Positions 8,975 through 19,600 of a DNA stretch of 42,792 nt are shown here, in pieces. The DNA is from Planctomycetota bacterium. Lineage in GTDB: Bacteria > Planctomycetota > UBA11346. The translations under genes and the position numbers were made by a program. Below the pieces are notes generated by a model. That model was not told the origin of the DNA and ran no database searches. It saw nothing but the letters and a program-made list of their open reading frames with translations. Every line of letters starts with the position of its first letter. Within the stretch, counting starts at the first letter, position 1. Location of the stretch: contig JBBQSO010000044.1 of the NCBI GenBank assembly GCA_038213805.1, forward strand, positions 1 through 42,792, written 5' to 3'.

Positions 8975-11190
8975 GGCGCCTGCTCCGGTCCACGCGTGGT
9001 CGCCGCGCTGCGCTCGGCGCCGACCTGGCGGCGGGTCAGCCAGGTCTCGAGGAAGAGCAGCGCGGCGCAGGCCGCGATCAGCCAGCGCGCCAACTCGATG
9101 GAGCCGGACTGCGCCGCGACGAACAGCTGGCCGACGCGCTCCGGGGTCGCCGCGCGGTGCACGGTCAGCCCGGACAGGCAGTCCTTGACGGTGGTCTCGC
9201 CAAGCGGCTCAAGGCGCGATTCGCTGGCCGCGGCCGCGACCGCGTAGCGCACCACCGTCGGCGGCGAGCCCAGGCGCAGCTCGTAGGCACCGGGCAGCAG
9301 CAACGGCACGCTGACCACCGCGCGGCGGCCGTCCCACACCCCGGTGCTGACCTCGACCGGTTTGCCGTCGGGACCGGCCGCGGCCGCGGCGATGTCGCCG
9401 CCGCCGTCGGCCGGGACCCACGCCAGACGCTCGCCGGGCGCGAGGTTGCGCGGCGGCAGCACCACGCCGCCGAGGCTGGCAACGACCCCGCGCAGCAGCG
9501 GCACGAAGGCAGGACGCAGCGGCAGGTCGCTCCACGCGGTGTCCAGGCTGCTGGTGCAGAGCACGACGCGGCCCAGGCCGCGCACGCGCTCGACCAGCAG
9601 CGGATCGCCGTTGTCGAGGGTCAGCAAACGCACGAGATCGGCGCGGCGCGAGAAGTCGGCGTCGAGGCGCGCGTAGGTGGCGATCTTCAACGACTTCCAG
9701 GCTTCCGCACTCTTCGCCGAGAAGGCGGCGAGCGCGGGGTGCCCGAGGTTGGCGGTGCCGGGCGCGAGCGGCGCCGGCGGCTTGGCGATGCTCAGCAGGT
9801 TGCAGGGCAGGAAGCCGTCGCCGCCGCGCGACCAGAAGCGGTTGGCCAGCGCCAGGTCGGTGTTGGCGCCCAGGCCGACCACCACGCCGCCGCCAGCGGC
9901 GACGAAGTGCTCGATCGCCGCCACGCCGGCGGCGTCGAGAGTCGGCAGGTCGCCGAGCACGACCACGCGCTGCCCGGCCAGTGCCGCCTCGTCGAGCGCG
10001 GCCACGCCGATGCGCGTGAGGCGGAAGAGCTCCTTGCCCTCGCCGACGGGATCGAGCGCGGCCGCGACCAGCCCGAGGCTGCCGCCGAGGCCGCTGCCCG
10101 ATACGCCCTCGACCAGCAGCACCGGCACGTGGTCCTCGACCTGCACCGCCAGGCTGCGGCGGTCGTCGGCGGGCAGCGCGTCGCGTGCGCCCTCGACCAC
10201 CGCCGTCAGCACGTAGCTGCCGGCCTCGGGGAAGGCGTAGGTGAAGGCGTACTCGACCTGACCGCCGGCCTGGATCTCGAGCGAGCGCTCGCCGACCACG
10301 CGACCATCGACGAGCAGGCGGACGAGCGCGCCGGCCGGCGCGCGCCGGCCATAGTGGGCGAGCGCGACGTGCACCGTCACCGGACGTCCGGCAGCGAGCA
10401 GCGAGCGGTCGAGGGTCAGCCCGGCGACCGCGATGTTGCCGTCAAGCTCGCTGGCCGTCGGCGCCAGCAGCACGAGATTGGGGCGCGCACGGCTGCCCGC
10501 GCGCGCATCGAGGCCACCGCGCAGGCGTCGGCCGAGCTCTTCCCAGCGCGCGCGGTCATCGGCGTGCCAGCCGTCGCCGAAGCCGTCGCCGACCATCACC
10601 AGTTCGCCGCCGGCGTTGAGGTGGCGGGCGAGCTGGGCGAGGCCGGCCTCGAACAGCGCGGGCGCGTCGCTGGCGGCCGCGGTCGGCACCAGCGCCTGGA
10701 TCTGCTCGCGCGCCGCCGCCAGATCGTAGAGCGGATCCGCCACCGGCTGGCCGAGGCGCGACAGCGCCAAGATGCTGACCTCGTCGCCGGGATGCAGCGT
10801 GTCGAGATAGGCGAGGGCGAGCTTCTTGACCGTGTCCAGCGCCTGCGCGCCGCGCCCGGCCGCGCTCGACAGGCCGTCGTCGAGCAGCAGCACCGCCGCG
10901 GTGGTGCTGCTGCGCTCGACCGCGGCACCCTGGCCGCTGCCGCCGTCGAAGCGCACGTTCGGGCGCATCAGCGCCAGCGCCAGACAGGTCAGCGCCAGGA
11001 TGCGCACCGCCAGCAGCAGCAGATTTTCGACTTTGATGCTGCGCCGCCGGCGGCGCAGCAGCTCTTGCAGGAAGCGCATCGCGCCCCACTCCACCGGCTG
11101 CACGCGCCGGCGGTGGGCGATGTGCACCAGCACCGGGGCGGCGGCGGCGGCGATGCCGCCAGCGAGGGCCAGATTGAGCAGTTCGATCAC
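8971..11190 (-). CDS. BatA N-terminal domain / vWA / CARDB-like / GATase-like membrane protein
   Basis: N-terminus APVLVHIAHRRRVQPVEWGAMRFL...ENLLLLAVRIL...ALMRP (BatA double-TM domain); degenerate vWA LLLDDGLSS and VMVGDG; LPADDRR; WSDLPLRPAFVPL; C-terminal LLFLETWL. Overlaps the next gene by ATGA. Confidence 0.88.
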   Translation of the reverse strand: MIELLNLALAGGIAAAAAPVLVHIAHRRRVQPVEWGAMRFLQELLRRRRRSIKVENLLLLAVRILALTCLALALMRPNVRFDGGSGQGAAVERSSTTAAVLLLDDGLSSAAGRGAQALDTVKKLALAYLDTLHPGDEVSILALSRLGQPVADPLYDLAAAREQIQALVPTAAASDAPALFEAGLAQLARHLNAGGELVMVGDGFGDGWHADDRARWEELGRRLRGGLDARAGSRARPNLVLLAPTASELDGNIAVAGLTLDRSLLAAGRPVTVHVALAHYGRRAPAGALVRLLVDGRVVGERSLEIQAGGQVEYAFTYAFPEAGSYVLTAVVEGARDALPADDRRSLAVQVEDHVPVLLVEGVSGSGLGGSLGLVAAALDPVGEGKELFRLTRIGVAALDEAALAGQRVVVLGDLPTLDAAGVAAIEHFVAAGGGVVVGLGANTDLALANRFWSRGGDGFLPCNLLSIAKPPAPLAPGTANLGHPALAAFSAKSAEAWKSLKIATYARLDADFSRRADLVRLLTLDNGDPLLVERVRGLGRVVLCTSSLDTAWSDLPLRPAFVPLLRGVVASLGGVVLPPRNLAPGERLAWVPADGGGDIAAAAAGPDGKPVEVSTGVWDGRRAVVSVPLLLPGAYELRLGSPPTVVRYAVAAAASESRLEPLGETTVKDCLSGLTVHRAATPERVGQLFVAAQSGSIELARWLIAACAALLFLETWLTRRQVGAERSAATTRGPEQAP

Positions 11191-11372
11191 AGGTGGAGTT
11201 CCGCGCGGGGGGACGGCGGGCGGGCGGCGGGCAGGGCGCGCGCGACGTCACGCTGCGCGACGCAGGTGATGGTCACGCGCACGATGCGCGCGAAACCCGG
11301 CAGGCACGCCGACTGGGCGCCTACGCCCGTACGCGGCGCGTAGGTGGTGCGGATGAGGCGCACGCCCTGCAT
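11187..11372 (-). CDS. Possible 61-aa small protein translationally coupled at both ends
   Basis: Its ATG overlaps the DUF58 stop (TGATG) and its TGA overlaps the BatA-gene GTG (GTGA). It fills the gap exactly. No recognisable domain. Confidence 0.4.
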   Translation of the reverse strand: MQGVRLIRTTYAPRTGVGAQSACLPGFARIVRVTITCVAQRDVARALPAARPPSPRAELHL

Positions 11373-12274
11373 CAGCGCCTCCCCCCCGCCGCCTGCGCGG
11401 TGGTCAGCACGCGCATGATGCCGAAGGCGAGGTCCTCGTCGGTGCGCAGGGTCTCGAGCTGCACGCCGATGGCGTGGCAGCCCTCGGCGAGGGCGCGGCG
11501 GTGGTCGCTCAGCGCCTGCTGGTACCAGGCGCGCGCGCGGTCGCCGTCGAGCTTGATGCGCGGCTCCTGTTCGAGGCCGATGAACTCGATCATGCCGTTG
11601 AAGGCGAACTGCTCCTCCTGCGGGTCGCAGATCATGAACAGGCGCACGTCCTGCTTGCGGTGGTGCAGGAAGCGCAGCGCCATGAGCAGACGCTCGGGAT
11701 CGTCGAAGCCGTCGGTGATCAGCACCACCAGGCCCCGCCGGCTGAGGCGCGCGGCGAGTTGTTCGACCACTGCGCCAAGACTGGTCTCGCCGCCCGCGGG
11801 CTGGTCTTCGAGGCGCTCGAGGAGGGTCAGCAGGTGGCCCATGGTCGCGGCCGGCGGCAGGTGCAGGCGCACCGCGTGGTCGACGATGCCCAGGCCCACG
11901 GCGTCGCTCTGGCGCAGCATCAGGAAGCCGAGCGCGGCGGCGAGCTGGCGCGCGTAATCGAGCTTGCTGATGCGCCCGCCGGAGCGGTAGCCCATCGAGC
12001 CGCTGGCGTCGACCACCAGGGTGCAGCGCAGGCGCGTCTCCTCTTCATAGAGACGGATGTCGTAACGGTCGGTGCGCGCGTAGACGATCCAGTCAAGGCG
12101 GCGCAGATCGTCGCCGGGCTGATACGGGCGGTGCCCCGCGAATTCCAGCGACAGACCCTTGTGCACCGAGCGGTGCCGACCGACCAGGACGCTCTCGACG
12201 GCGTGGCGGGCGGCGATGCCGACCTTGCCGAGGCGCTGCAGAACCTGTTCCTGGACGGTTTGGGAAAGGGTCAT
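11372..12274 (-). CDS. DUF58 domain protein (vWA-like MoxR partner)
   Basis: GRHRSVHKGLSLEFAGHRPYQPGDDLRRLDWIVYART...YEEET...VVDASGSM...KLDYA; VVLITDGFD. Confidence 0.93.
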   Translation of the reverse strand: MTLSQTVQEQVLQRLGKVGIAARHAVESVLVGRHRSVHKGLSLEFAGHRPYQPGDDLRRLDWIVYARTDRYDIRLYEEETRLRCTLVVDASGSMGYRSGGRISKLDYARQLAAALGFLMLRQSDAVGLGIVDHAVRLHLPPAATMGHLLTLLERLEDQPAGGETSLGAVVEQLAARLSRRGLVVLITDGFDDPERLLMALRFLHHRKQDVRLFMICDPQEEQFAFNGMIEFIGLEQEPRIKLDGDRARAWYQQALSDHRRALAEGCHAIGVQLETLRTDEDLAFGIMRVLTTAQAAGGRR

Positions 12275-12400
12275 GGGAGGGCCGGGTGCGAGGGGACGGC
12301 TGGGAAACAGGAGGAGCGAGGGAGCGAGAAGAAGTGAAGCGGGACGAAGTGTGGAGCGCAGCCACCGGGTTCCCGCGTCAGGCGGACGCCGGGAAGGCGG

Positions 12401-13468
<1,068 letters not shown>

Positions 13469-13493
13469 GGTGGCGACCCCTGTTGGCAACGAT

Positions 13494-13519
13494 AACGGCA
13501 CTTGGAAGGGCCTGTGACA
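13494..13519 (-). promoter_or_regulatory. Candidate ECF-type promoter for the moxR operon (TGTCACA-N15-CGTT)
   Basis: The minus strand reads TGTCACA ggcccttccaagtgc CGTT, ending 25 nt upstream of the moxR ATG. It resembles the ECF41-type TGTCACA-N16-CGTC consensus but the spacer is 1 nt shorter. Confidence 0.35.
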
Positions 13520-13603
13520 GCATCGGATGGCAAGCCTGCCACCGTCAGCCGGCCGGGCGCAAGATCCTTGGCATCAGCCGCTCGTGCCCGATCATTGCCG
13601 CCC

Positions 13604-14164
13604 ATGGCCGATGACCTGGACGAGTGGATGACCGCCGCCCGCGAGCACGGCGACCAGCAGGCCTTCGCCATGGTCGTGGAGGGTTGCCACCACCTCATCC
13701 GCGCCACCATGCTGCGCGAGACCGCCGAACCCGAGCTGGCGGACGAGCTCGCCCAGGAGGCGCTCGCCCGCGCCTGGGCCAAGCGCGACCAGTACCGGCC
13801 CGGCACCAGCCCGCGTGCCTGGCTGCTGACCATCGCGCGCAGCCAGCTGATGGAGCACCACCGCCGCCAGGACCGCGACCGCCGCCACCTGCGTGAACTG
13901 GTCCGCCAGGAACTGCTCCGCCAGGCGCCCAACGAGAGCGACGGCGTCGACCGCCTGCGCCTGAGCGCGCTCAAGGAATGCCTCTCCGGGATGGGCGACG
14001 AGCACCGCCAGCTCATCGATCTGATCCACGGCCAGGGCCTGACCTCCGACGCCGCGGCCGAGCAGCTCGGCATCAAGGCCCCAGCCTGTCGCCAGCGCCT
14101 GTCGCGCCTGCAGCGCGTGCTGCGCGAGTGCGCCCAAAAGCGCATGGACGAGGAGGAGGCGTGA
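13604..14164 (+). CDS. ECF-type RNA polymerase sigma-70 factor
   Basis: GDQQAFAMVV, ADELAQEALARAW, PRAWLLTIARS (region 2) and AAAEQLGIKAPACRQRLSR (region 4). Start placed at ATG 13604. Confidence 0.92.
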   Translation: MADDLDEWMTAAREHGDQQAFAMVVEGCHHLIRATMLRETAEPELADELAQEALARAWAKRDQYRPGTSPRAWLLTIARSQLMEHHRRQDRDRRHLRELVRQELLRQAPNESDGVDRLRLSALKECLSGMGDEHRQLIDLIHGQGLTSDAAAEQLGIKAPACRQRLSRLQRVLRECAQKRMDEEEA

Positions 14165-15552
14165 GCACCGACGATCGGCCGGCCTTCCAGGACAGCGGTC
14201 CGCAGGGCCGCCCTGCCGGCTCGTCCGCCCCCGCCAGCGGCCCCCAGCCCATCGCCGCGGCCGGCACCATCGCAGCAACCCCCTCCGCCGGCACCCCGAC
14301 CTTGCCCGCGCAGGAGGCGCGCATCGCCGAACTCGCCACCGGTTTCGCCCTGGGCGAGCTCGACGAGGCCGAGCTGCACGAACTCTACGGCGCGCTGCGC
14401 GACGCGCGCACCGGCGCCGCCACTGCGCGCATCGCCTGGCAGTCGCTCGACGTCGTCGGTGATTTGCGCAGCGGCCTCAACGAACGTTTCCAGGACGCGC
14501 TGCGCCACCGCCTGGCGAGCGCCCCCGACGACGGCTTCGCCACGCGCATGTGGCGTCGCCTCGGCTTCGCCGCGCGCGGACTCGATCCGGTCGCCGCGCC
14601 CGCGCCCAGCCCGGTGGCGCGCACCGTCGCGCTGGTGACCGTGGTGCTGTGCGCAATGGCGCTGGCGATCGGGGCGACGCTGCTGTTCCTCGGCCGGCAC
14701 GCCAGCGCACCAGCAACCGTCACCGCCGTGCTGGGCGAGACGCGCAGCGGCGAACGCGTGCTGATTCCCGGCGCCGGCCTCGACCAGCGCCGCCTCGCGG
14801 TGACGCCGAACGGCCAACTCAGCCTCGCGTGGCCGGACGGTGCCAGCGCCGTGCTGGTCGGTCCGTGGCTGCCGGAAGGCTCTGGCCGCGCCGACGCCCT
14901 CGCCCACCACGATGGCCTCGAACTGGCCGAAGGCCGTGCCTGGATCAGCGCTGGCCCCGGCTTCACCGTGCTGCTGCCCGACCGCACCTGCATCGTCACC
15001 GAGCCCGACACCGAACTGGCCATCGAAGTCGTCGACCACCATAGCTGGGTAGGCATCGCGCGCGGCGCCTGCGATGGCGGCGCTGGCACCATGGTCGGCG
15101 CGCGCCAGGGACTGGGTCCGGCAGGGATCTACGCCTGGGTGTGGAAGTGGGACGCCGTCTCAGGCACGCTCGCGGGCCCCGGCCAGGTGCCCGGCACCTG
15201 GCGGATGAACGCCGACCTGGGCTGGTCAGCCGCCACCGACAGCGCTGATTTCGCACTTGAATCGACCGGCAAGCACACCGTGACGCTCGCGTGCATCCCA
15301 GGTCAATTGGTGGTGAACGTCGACGGCAGCGAGGCCGGCCGTCTCGCCACTACCGGCTCGCCGCTGCTCGCCACGCGTCTCGACCTTGAGCAGCGCGAGG
15401 GGCGTAAGCTGACCATCACGCTGGCTGGACGGACGCTGGCGGTCGACGTGCCGGAGGCGCTGGTGCGCTTTCAGCTCACCGCGAACGGCGGGGCGATGGC
15501 GAAGGTGATGGCGTTCAATCCGCTGCCGACGCCGCGGCCGGCGGAGAAGTAG
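14161..15552 (+). CDS. Putative transmembrane anti-sigma factor (FecR-like)
   Basis: GTG overlaps the sigma stop (GTGA); N-terminal IAELATGFALGELDEAELHEL helix, one TM segment (VALVTVVLCAMALAIGATLLFL), beta-rich extracytoplasmic part (LAWPDGASAVL, LELAEGRAWI). Confidence 0.7.
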   Translation: MSTDDRPAFQDSGPQGRPAGSSAPASGPQPIAAAGTIAATPSAGTPTLPAQEARIAELATGFALGELDEAELHELYGALRDARTGAATARIAWQSLDVVGDLRSGLNERFQDALRHRLASAPDDGFATRMWRRLGFAARGLDPVAAPAPSPVARTVALVTVVLCAMALAIGATLLFLGRHASAPATVTAVLGETRSGERVLIPGAGLDQRRLAVTPNGQLSLAWPDGASAVLVGPWLPEGSGRADALAHHDGLELAEGRAWISAGPGFTVLLPDRTCIVTEPDTELAIEVVDHHSWVGIARGACDGGAGTMVGARQGLGPAGIYAWVWKWDAVSGTLAGPGQVPGTWRMNADLGWSAATDSADFALESTGKHTVTLACIPGQLVVNVDGSEAGRLATTGSPLLATRLDLEQREGRKLTITLAGRTLAVDVPEALVRFQLTANGGAMAKVMAFNPLPTPRPAEK

Positions 15553-15565
15553 GCGCCATTTCAGC

Positions 15566-16159
15566 GTGAAGAGGTTCCTGCCCTGGATCGGTGTCGCTGT
15601 CGCGATCCCAACGGTTCTTTTGGCCGCGTTCCTGCTCAGGCCACGGCAAACGCTGGCGAAGTACATGAACATCCATCCCGGAAAGAGATACGGCCATGTC
15701 ATGCAAATCTACGAATCCTCATGGCAGTTCAAAGCGGTCGGCTGGCTCCTGTCCCTGATGGGATTGGACCCGCTTCCGAGCATCCAGGACATAGATCTGG
15801 GCATGGTCGAGGCACGTGAGGTCCCCTTCCTCGATGACAAATCAGTGATTGCGGCGCTCGCTGGCGTCGACCACTACGATGTCTCCATCTGGGTCGGTCA
15901 GCGGAGCGCAGAACAGAACCACCTCGACCAGGTGGCGACCGGACTTCTCGCACCTCACGATTTCATGGCCTTCGTCAGTGTTTCCGTCAAAGATGCAGGG
16001 AAAACCAAGAAAGTTATGCGGCTCGCTTTCGATCGGAACCGGGTGTTGGTCGGAAAGCTGGTCGAGGACCGGGAGACGGGCGAGGTCGTCATCGACGCGT
16101 ACTCGCCGGGCGAGACGCCGCACAGGGAGTTTACGAAAAAAAGCGTGCCCTCCCACTAG
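15566..16159 (+). CDS. Hypothetical protein with N-terminal membrane anchor
   Basis: 197-aa ORF with protein-like composition and a hydrophobic N-terminus; visibly lower GC than its neighbours. Confidence 0.7.
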   Translation: MKRFLPWIGVAVAIPTVLLAAFLLRPRQTLAKYMNIHPGKRYGHVMQIYESSWQFKAVGWLLSLMGLDPLPSIQDIDLGMVEAREVPFLDDKSVIAALAGVDHYDVSIWVGQRSAEQNHLDQVATGLLAPHDFMAFVSVSVKDAGKTKKVMRLAFDRNRVLVGKLVEDRETGEVVIDAYSPGETPHREFTKKSVPSH

Positions 16160-16168
16160 CGAACAGGG

Positions 16169-16519
16169 TCATGCTCCGTGATCGGACTTGCCGCCTTCTA
16201 TAGCGCCAAGCTGGATCTCGGCGGCGAGCTGGTCAGCGGCGCCCTTGCGGCGCGCACTCCAGCGCCGCCAGATGATCGCCACCACGGCGACCGTCCACGT
16301 CGGCGCGAGATCGGCCACGGGCAGCAGTTCGATGACTACCGTCGGCAGCAGCAGCGGACTGAAGCCGAGCAGACCGGTCAGCACTGCGAAGGCCACGGCA
16401 TCGAGACCTGCATCGGCCGGGGACAGTCCCCCTTCCGCGAAGAGCGGCAGCACCAGCCATTGGACGGCGTCGGCGGCGACGGCGATGAGCAGCGCGAGCG
16501 CTTCACGGACGGTGAGCAT
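16169..16519 (-). CDS. Small hydrophobic membrane protein
   Basis: ALLIAVAADAVQW...LDAVAFAVLTGLLGFSPLLLPTVVIELLPVADLAPTWTVAV; multiple TM-like segments. Confidence 0.7.
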   Translation of the reverse strand: MLTVREALALLIAVAADAVQWLVLPLFAEGGLSPADAGLDAVAFAVLTGLLGFSPLLLPTVVIELLPVADLAPTWTVAVVAIIWRRWSARRKGAADQLAAEIQLGAIEGGKSDHGA

Positions 16520-16528
16520 GGGAGGCGA

Positions 16529-16684
16529 TCAGTATCCCAGCCTGACCGCGCTCTGCAACTGCATGATCGGATTGAAGATTCCGAGGATGGCGGCACCGAC
16601 GATGCCGGCGACCACCTGCCAGCTGATGAACGCTGCCACGACCGTGAGTGTCCAGCTCTCGGACCGCACCAGGATCGCCACCAT
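16529..16684 (-). CDS. 51-aa membrane peptide resembling the last TM helix of PilC/GspF
   Basis: Below the ORF-track cutoff. Manual translation: MVAILVRSESWTLTVVAAFISWQVVAGIVGAAILGIFNPIMQLQSAVRLGY*. It fits tightly between the flanking co-oriented genes. Confidence 0.45.
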   Translation of the reverse strand: MVAILVRSESWTLTVVAAFISWQVVAGIVGAAILGIFNPIMQLQSAVRLGY

Positions 16685-16695
16685 GGTCTAGCGCC

Positions 16696-19600
16696 TCACG
16701 GCTCAGCGCTCAGCAGCTCCGCTGCGATCTCGCCGCGCAGGATCCCCGGGCCGGACATCTCGAGCAACGGCGCCGCCCCCATCCACACCCCCTGCCCCTT
16801 GCGGCGCTCGCCGACGTCGCCGCGGAAGTCGCCGTAGAATACTTCGAGGTGGTGTAGGCCGGCCGTGAGCGCCACCGACCACGTGCCGAGCGCGTGACGC
16901 GTGGTCGCCGGGTACCAGGTCTGCCCGTCGACCACCACGCGCAGCTCGTAACCGGCGAGGATATTCTGCCGACAGTACTCGGGCGGCGCGCTGAACACGT
17001 ACAGGCCATCCGCAGGCGCCTTGAGGAAGCCACGGTAGCGCACGGCGGACACCGTGCCGGGCGCCAGGCTTTCGGGCGCGAAGAGGCGCGCGGCGCGGCC
17101 GCTCGCCGCGGGCTGCCCGAGCGTGGGCACCAGCAGCAGGTCCTGCCAGCGGCCGAGGAAGCGTTCATAACGCAGGCCCGGCACGGTCTTGGCATCCTTG
17201 GCCGGCAGCGGCACAAGCGCGTGGAAGTCCGCGCGCGCGACCAGTGAGGCGACACGGCAGCCCTGGTCGGTCGGCAGCCGGGTAGTGCCGCGGCGGATGG
17301 CGCGCGCCTCGACCGTGGCGTCGCCGCGCAGCTGCAGCGGCTCATGATAGATCGGTGCGAGCAGACTCGGCTCGCCGCCGTCGATGGTGTAGTGGATGTC
17401 GACGTCCGACGTCGCGCAGGTCAGGGTGACCGCCTGGGTGCCGACGAATCCGTCGCGATCGGCCGGGCCGATGCGCACGTTCTCGACCGGAGTGCGGATG
17501 GGTACCGTCGTCAGCTTTGCGCCGACCAGCGCAAACTCGGCATCGGCACCGCCCAGCTCCTGGCGCTTGCCGCCCAGGCTGAACGCGCTCGCGCCGAGGG
17601 CGATGCCGCTGCGCTCCGCGCCTGGACCTTCGACCAGCAGCAGCGCCTCTCCGGTGGCGCCGGCCGCACCCGCCACGAGCGCCACCGGAGCGCCGCTGGC
17701 CGCCTGGAAGCTGATGATCAGCCCACCGGCGGTGCGCGCAGTGAAGCCCACTGCGCCGACACCGTTCACCGCGCGCACCTCGCCGAGATCGGCGCCGTGC
17801 TCCGGACGCGCCAGGATCGCGGTCACCACCACGCTCGGCGCATCCGCGCGCCACGTCGCGCCGAGGCGCAACATGTCATGGGTGTGGTAGCCATTCTTGG
17901 GATCGCCGTGGCGCTCTGCGCGGTCCCACACCAGCGGTTGGCCGGCGAAGTGGCGCAGGCTGACGTTGGGACCGCTCGGACGCGACGTGATGATCGAGCC
18001 CAGCTGCGCATCGACGGCGACCTGGTCGAGGGCGAAGACCTGGTCGCGGCCGGTGGCGATCGGCAGCCACCAGTCGAGTGTGTAAGCGTGCGGAGCCGCG
18101 GCGCGCACGCGGTCGATGACGATCCACAACCCGGCCGCACGCACCGCAAGCACCAGACGCTGGTGGGTGACCCCGGAGATCCCGCCTGCATAAGGGCCGG
18201 CATAGACACCTTCGCTGAGGTCGTAGCGCGGCGAAGCATGCCAGCGCCACGGCGCCGGATCGTTCCACGCCACCAGCCCGCCATCGTGGCCGATGATGGC
18301 GCGGTGGTCCCAGCCGGTGAAGCCGTCGCGGAAATGTTGTTCCTGGCCGTCGACGCGCAGCGGCGAACGCGGCTGGTCGTACGCGCCGTCCTCGCCGGTG
18401 TCGAGCAGATCGGAACCCCCGGCGCTGAGACCGATGGCATTGTTGTCGCGGTCGCTGAGATCGCCGCCGGTCGGATGCGGCGAGCAGTGCATGGCCAGGT
18501 ACGGATCGCCGGGCCGCCAGCCCAGGCGCTGGTAGAAGAAGCCGCTCACCGGGAAGCAGTCGGATTGGAACGAGGGCGGACGTGTGATCGGACCCGCGGC
18601 CAGTCCCATCAGCGCCACCAGGTCGGGATCGGTGGTCGCCTCGGGCATCAGCGCCGAGATGGTCTCGGCCGCGTGCCGCGACCAGTTGTTGTGACCGGTA
18701 CGCGAACCGCCGATCGGCATCTCGCCCAGCGGCGTCTGCAGGCCGAGCAGGAAGCGCGCGCGATCGTGCATGCGCTCACGCAAGCCGCCGCACCAGCGCT
18801 CGTAAGGGAAGGCGGCGCGCCAGGTGCGCTCCCACTCCGGCAGCATCCATTCCGGGATGGCGCTGCGCCGCGCGGCCAGGCGCGCCATGGTGCCCTGTGC
18901 GCCGGTCAGGAAGTGGAAACCGTAGCCGGCGGTGACGTCGAGGTCGACGCCGTCTGGCATCTGGCGCGTCGGCACCAGCAATTCGAGGCGGCGCAAGGCC
19001 TCGCGCAGCAGCAGTGGCGCGCAGCGGAATTCGTCGAACAGGAAGGCGGCGTCGACCAGCGGCGCGACCGAGACGTCGGTCCAGTTGGTACCGCTGCAAC
19101 GGTAGTACATGTACGACAGCGGCAGGTAATCGCGCACCAGCCGCGCGGTGACGCGCGCGAAGGTCGCGGCGGGCACAGCGTCGATGCCGCCCGGCACCAT
19201 GGCCACGGCGCGCAGCAGGCGGAAGACGTCGAAGGCGCTCTCGGCGCCGTTGTTCCAGCCGTCGGGCATGTCGATGGGTGAGGCGGCCAGGCCGTCGTGC
19301 TGGTGGAGCGCCCAGTCGTCCGCATAGCCGGCCCAGGTCTCGAGGTAGGCGCGCTCGCCGCTCAGCGCGTAGGCGGCAAGCAGCGGATTGAACGCCTCGA
19401 CGCGGAACGGCCATTGGCCCCGGCCGTCGCGCTTGGCCGCTGCGGACGCCGTGGCCCAGTCGACCGCACCGGGCTTGCCGATGGCGATGCGCTGGTTGCC
19501 CTCGGTGATGAAGCCCAGGCGCAGGTCGTCGGCGCGGTGGCGCAGTTCCGCCTCGTTCTCGGTGGAGATCATCGGGTGCACCCACGCCCAGCCGGGCTCG

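Noticed and set aside
417..11343. Long plus-strand ORFs (417-2384, 3393-5492, 5687-9247, 8959-11343)
   Set aside because: They are in-register antisense shadows of the real minus-strand genes in very high-GC DNA, with no recognisable motifs.
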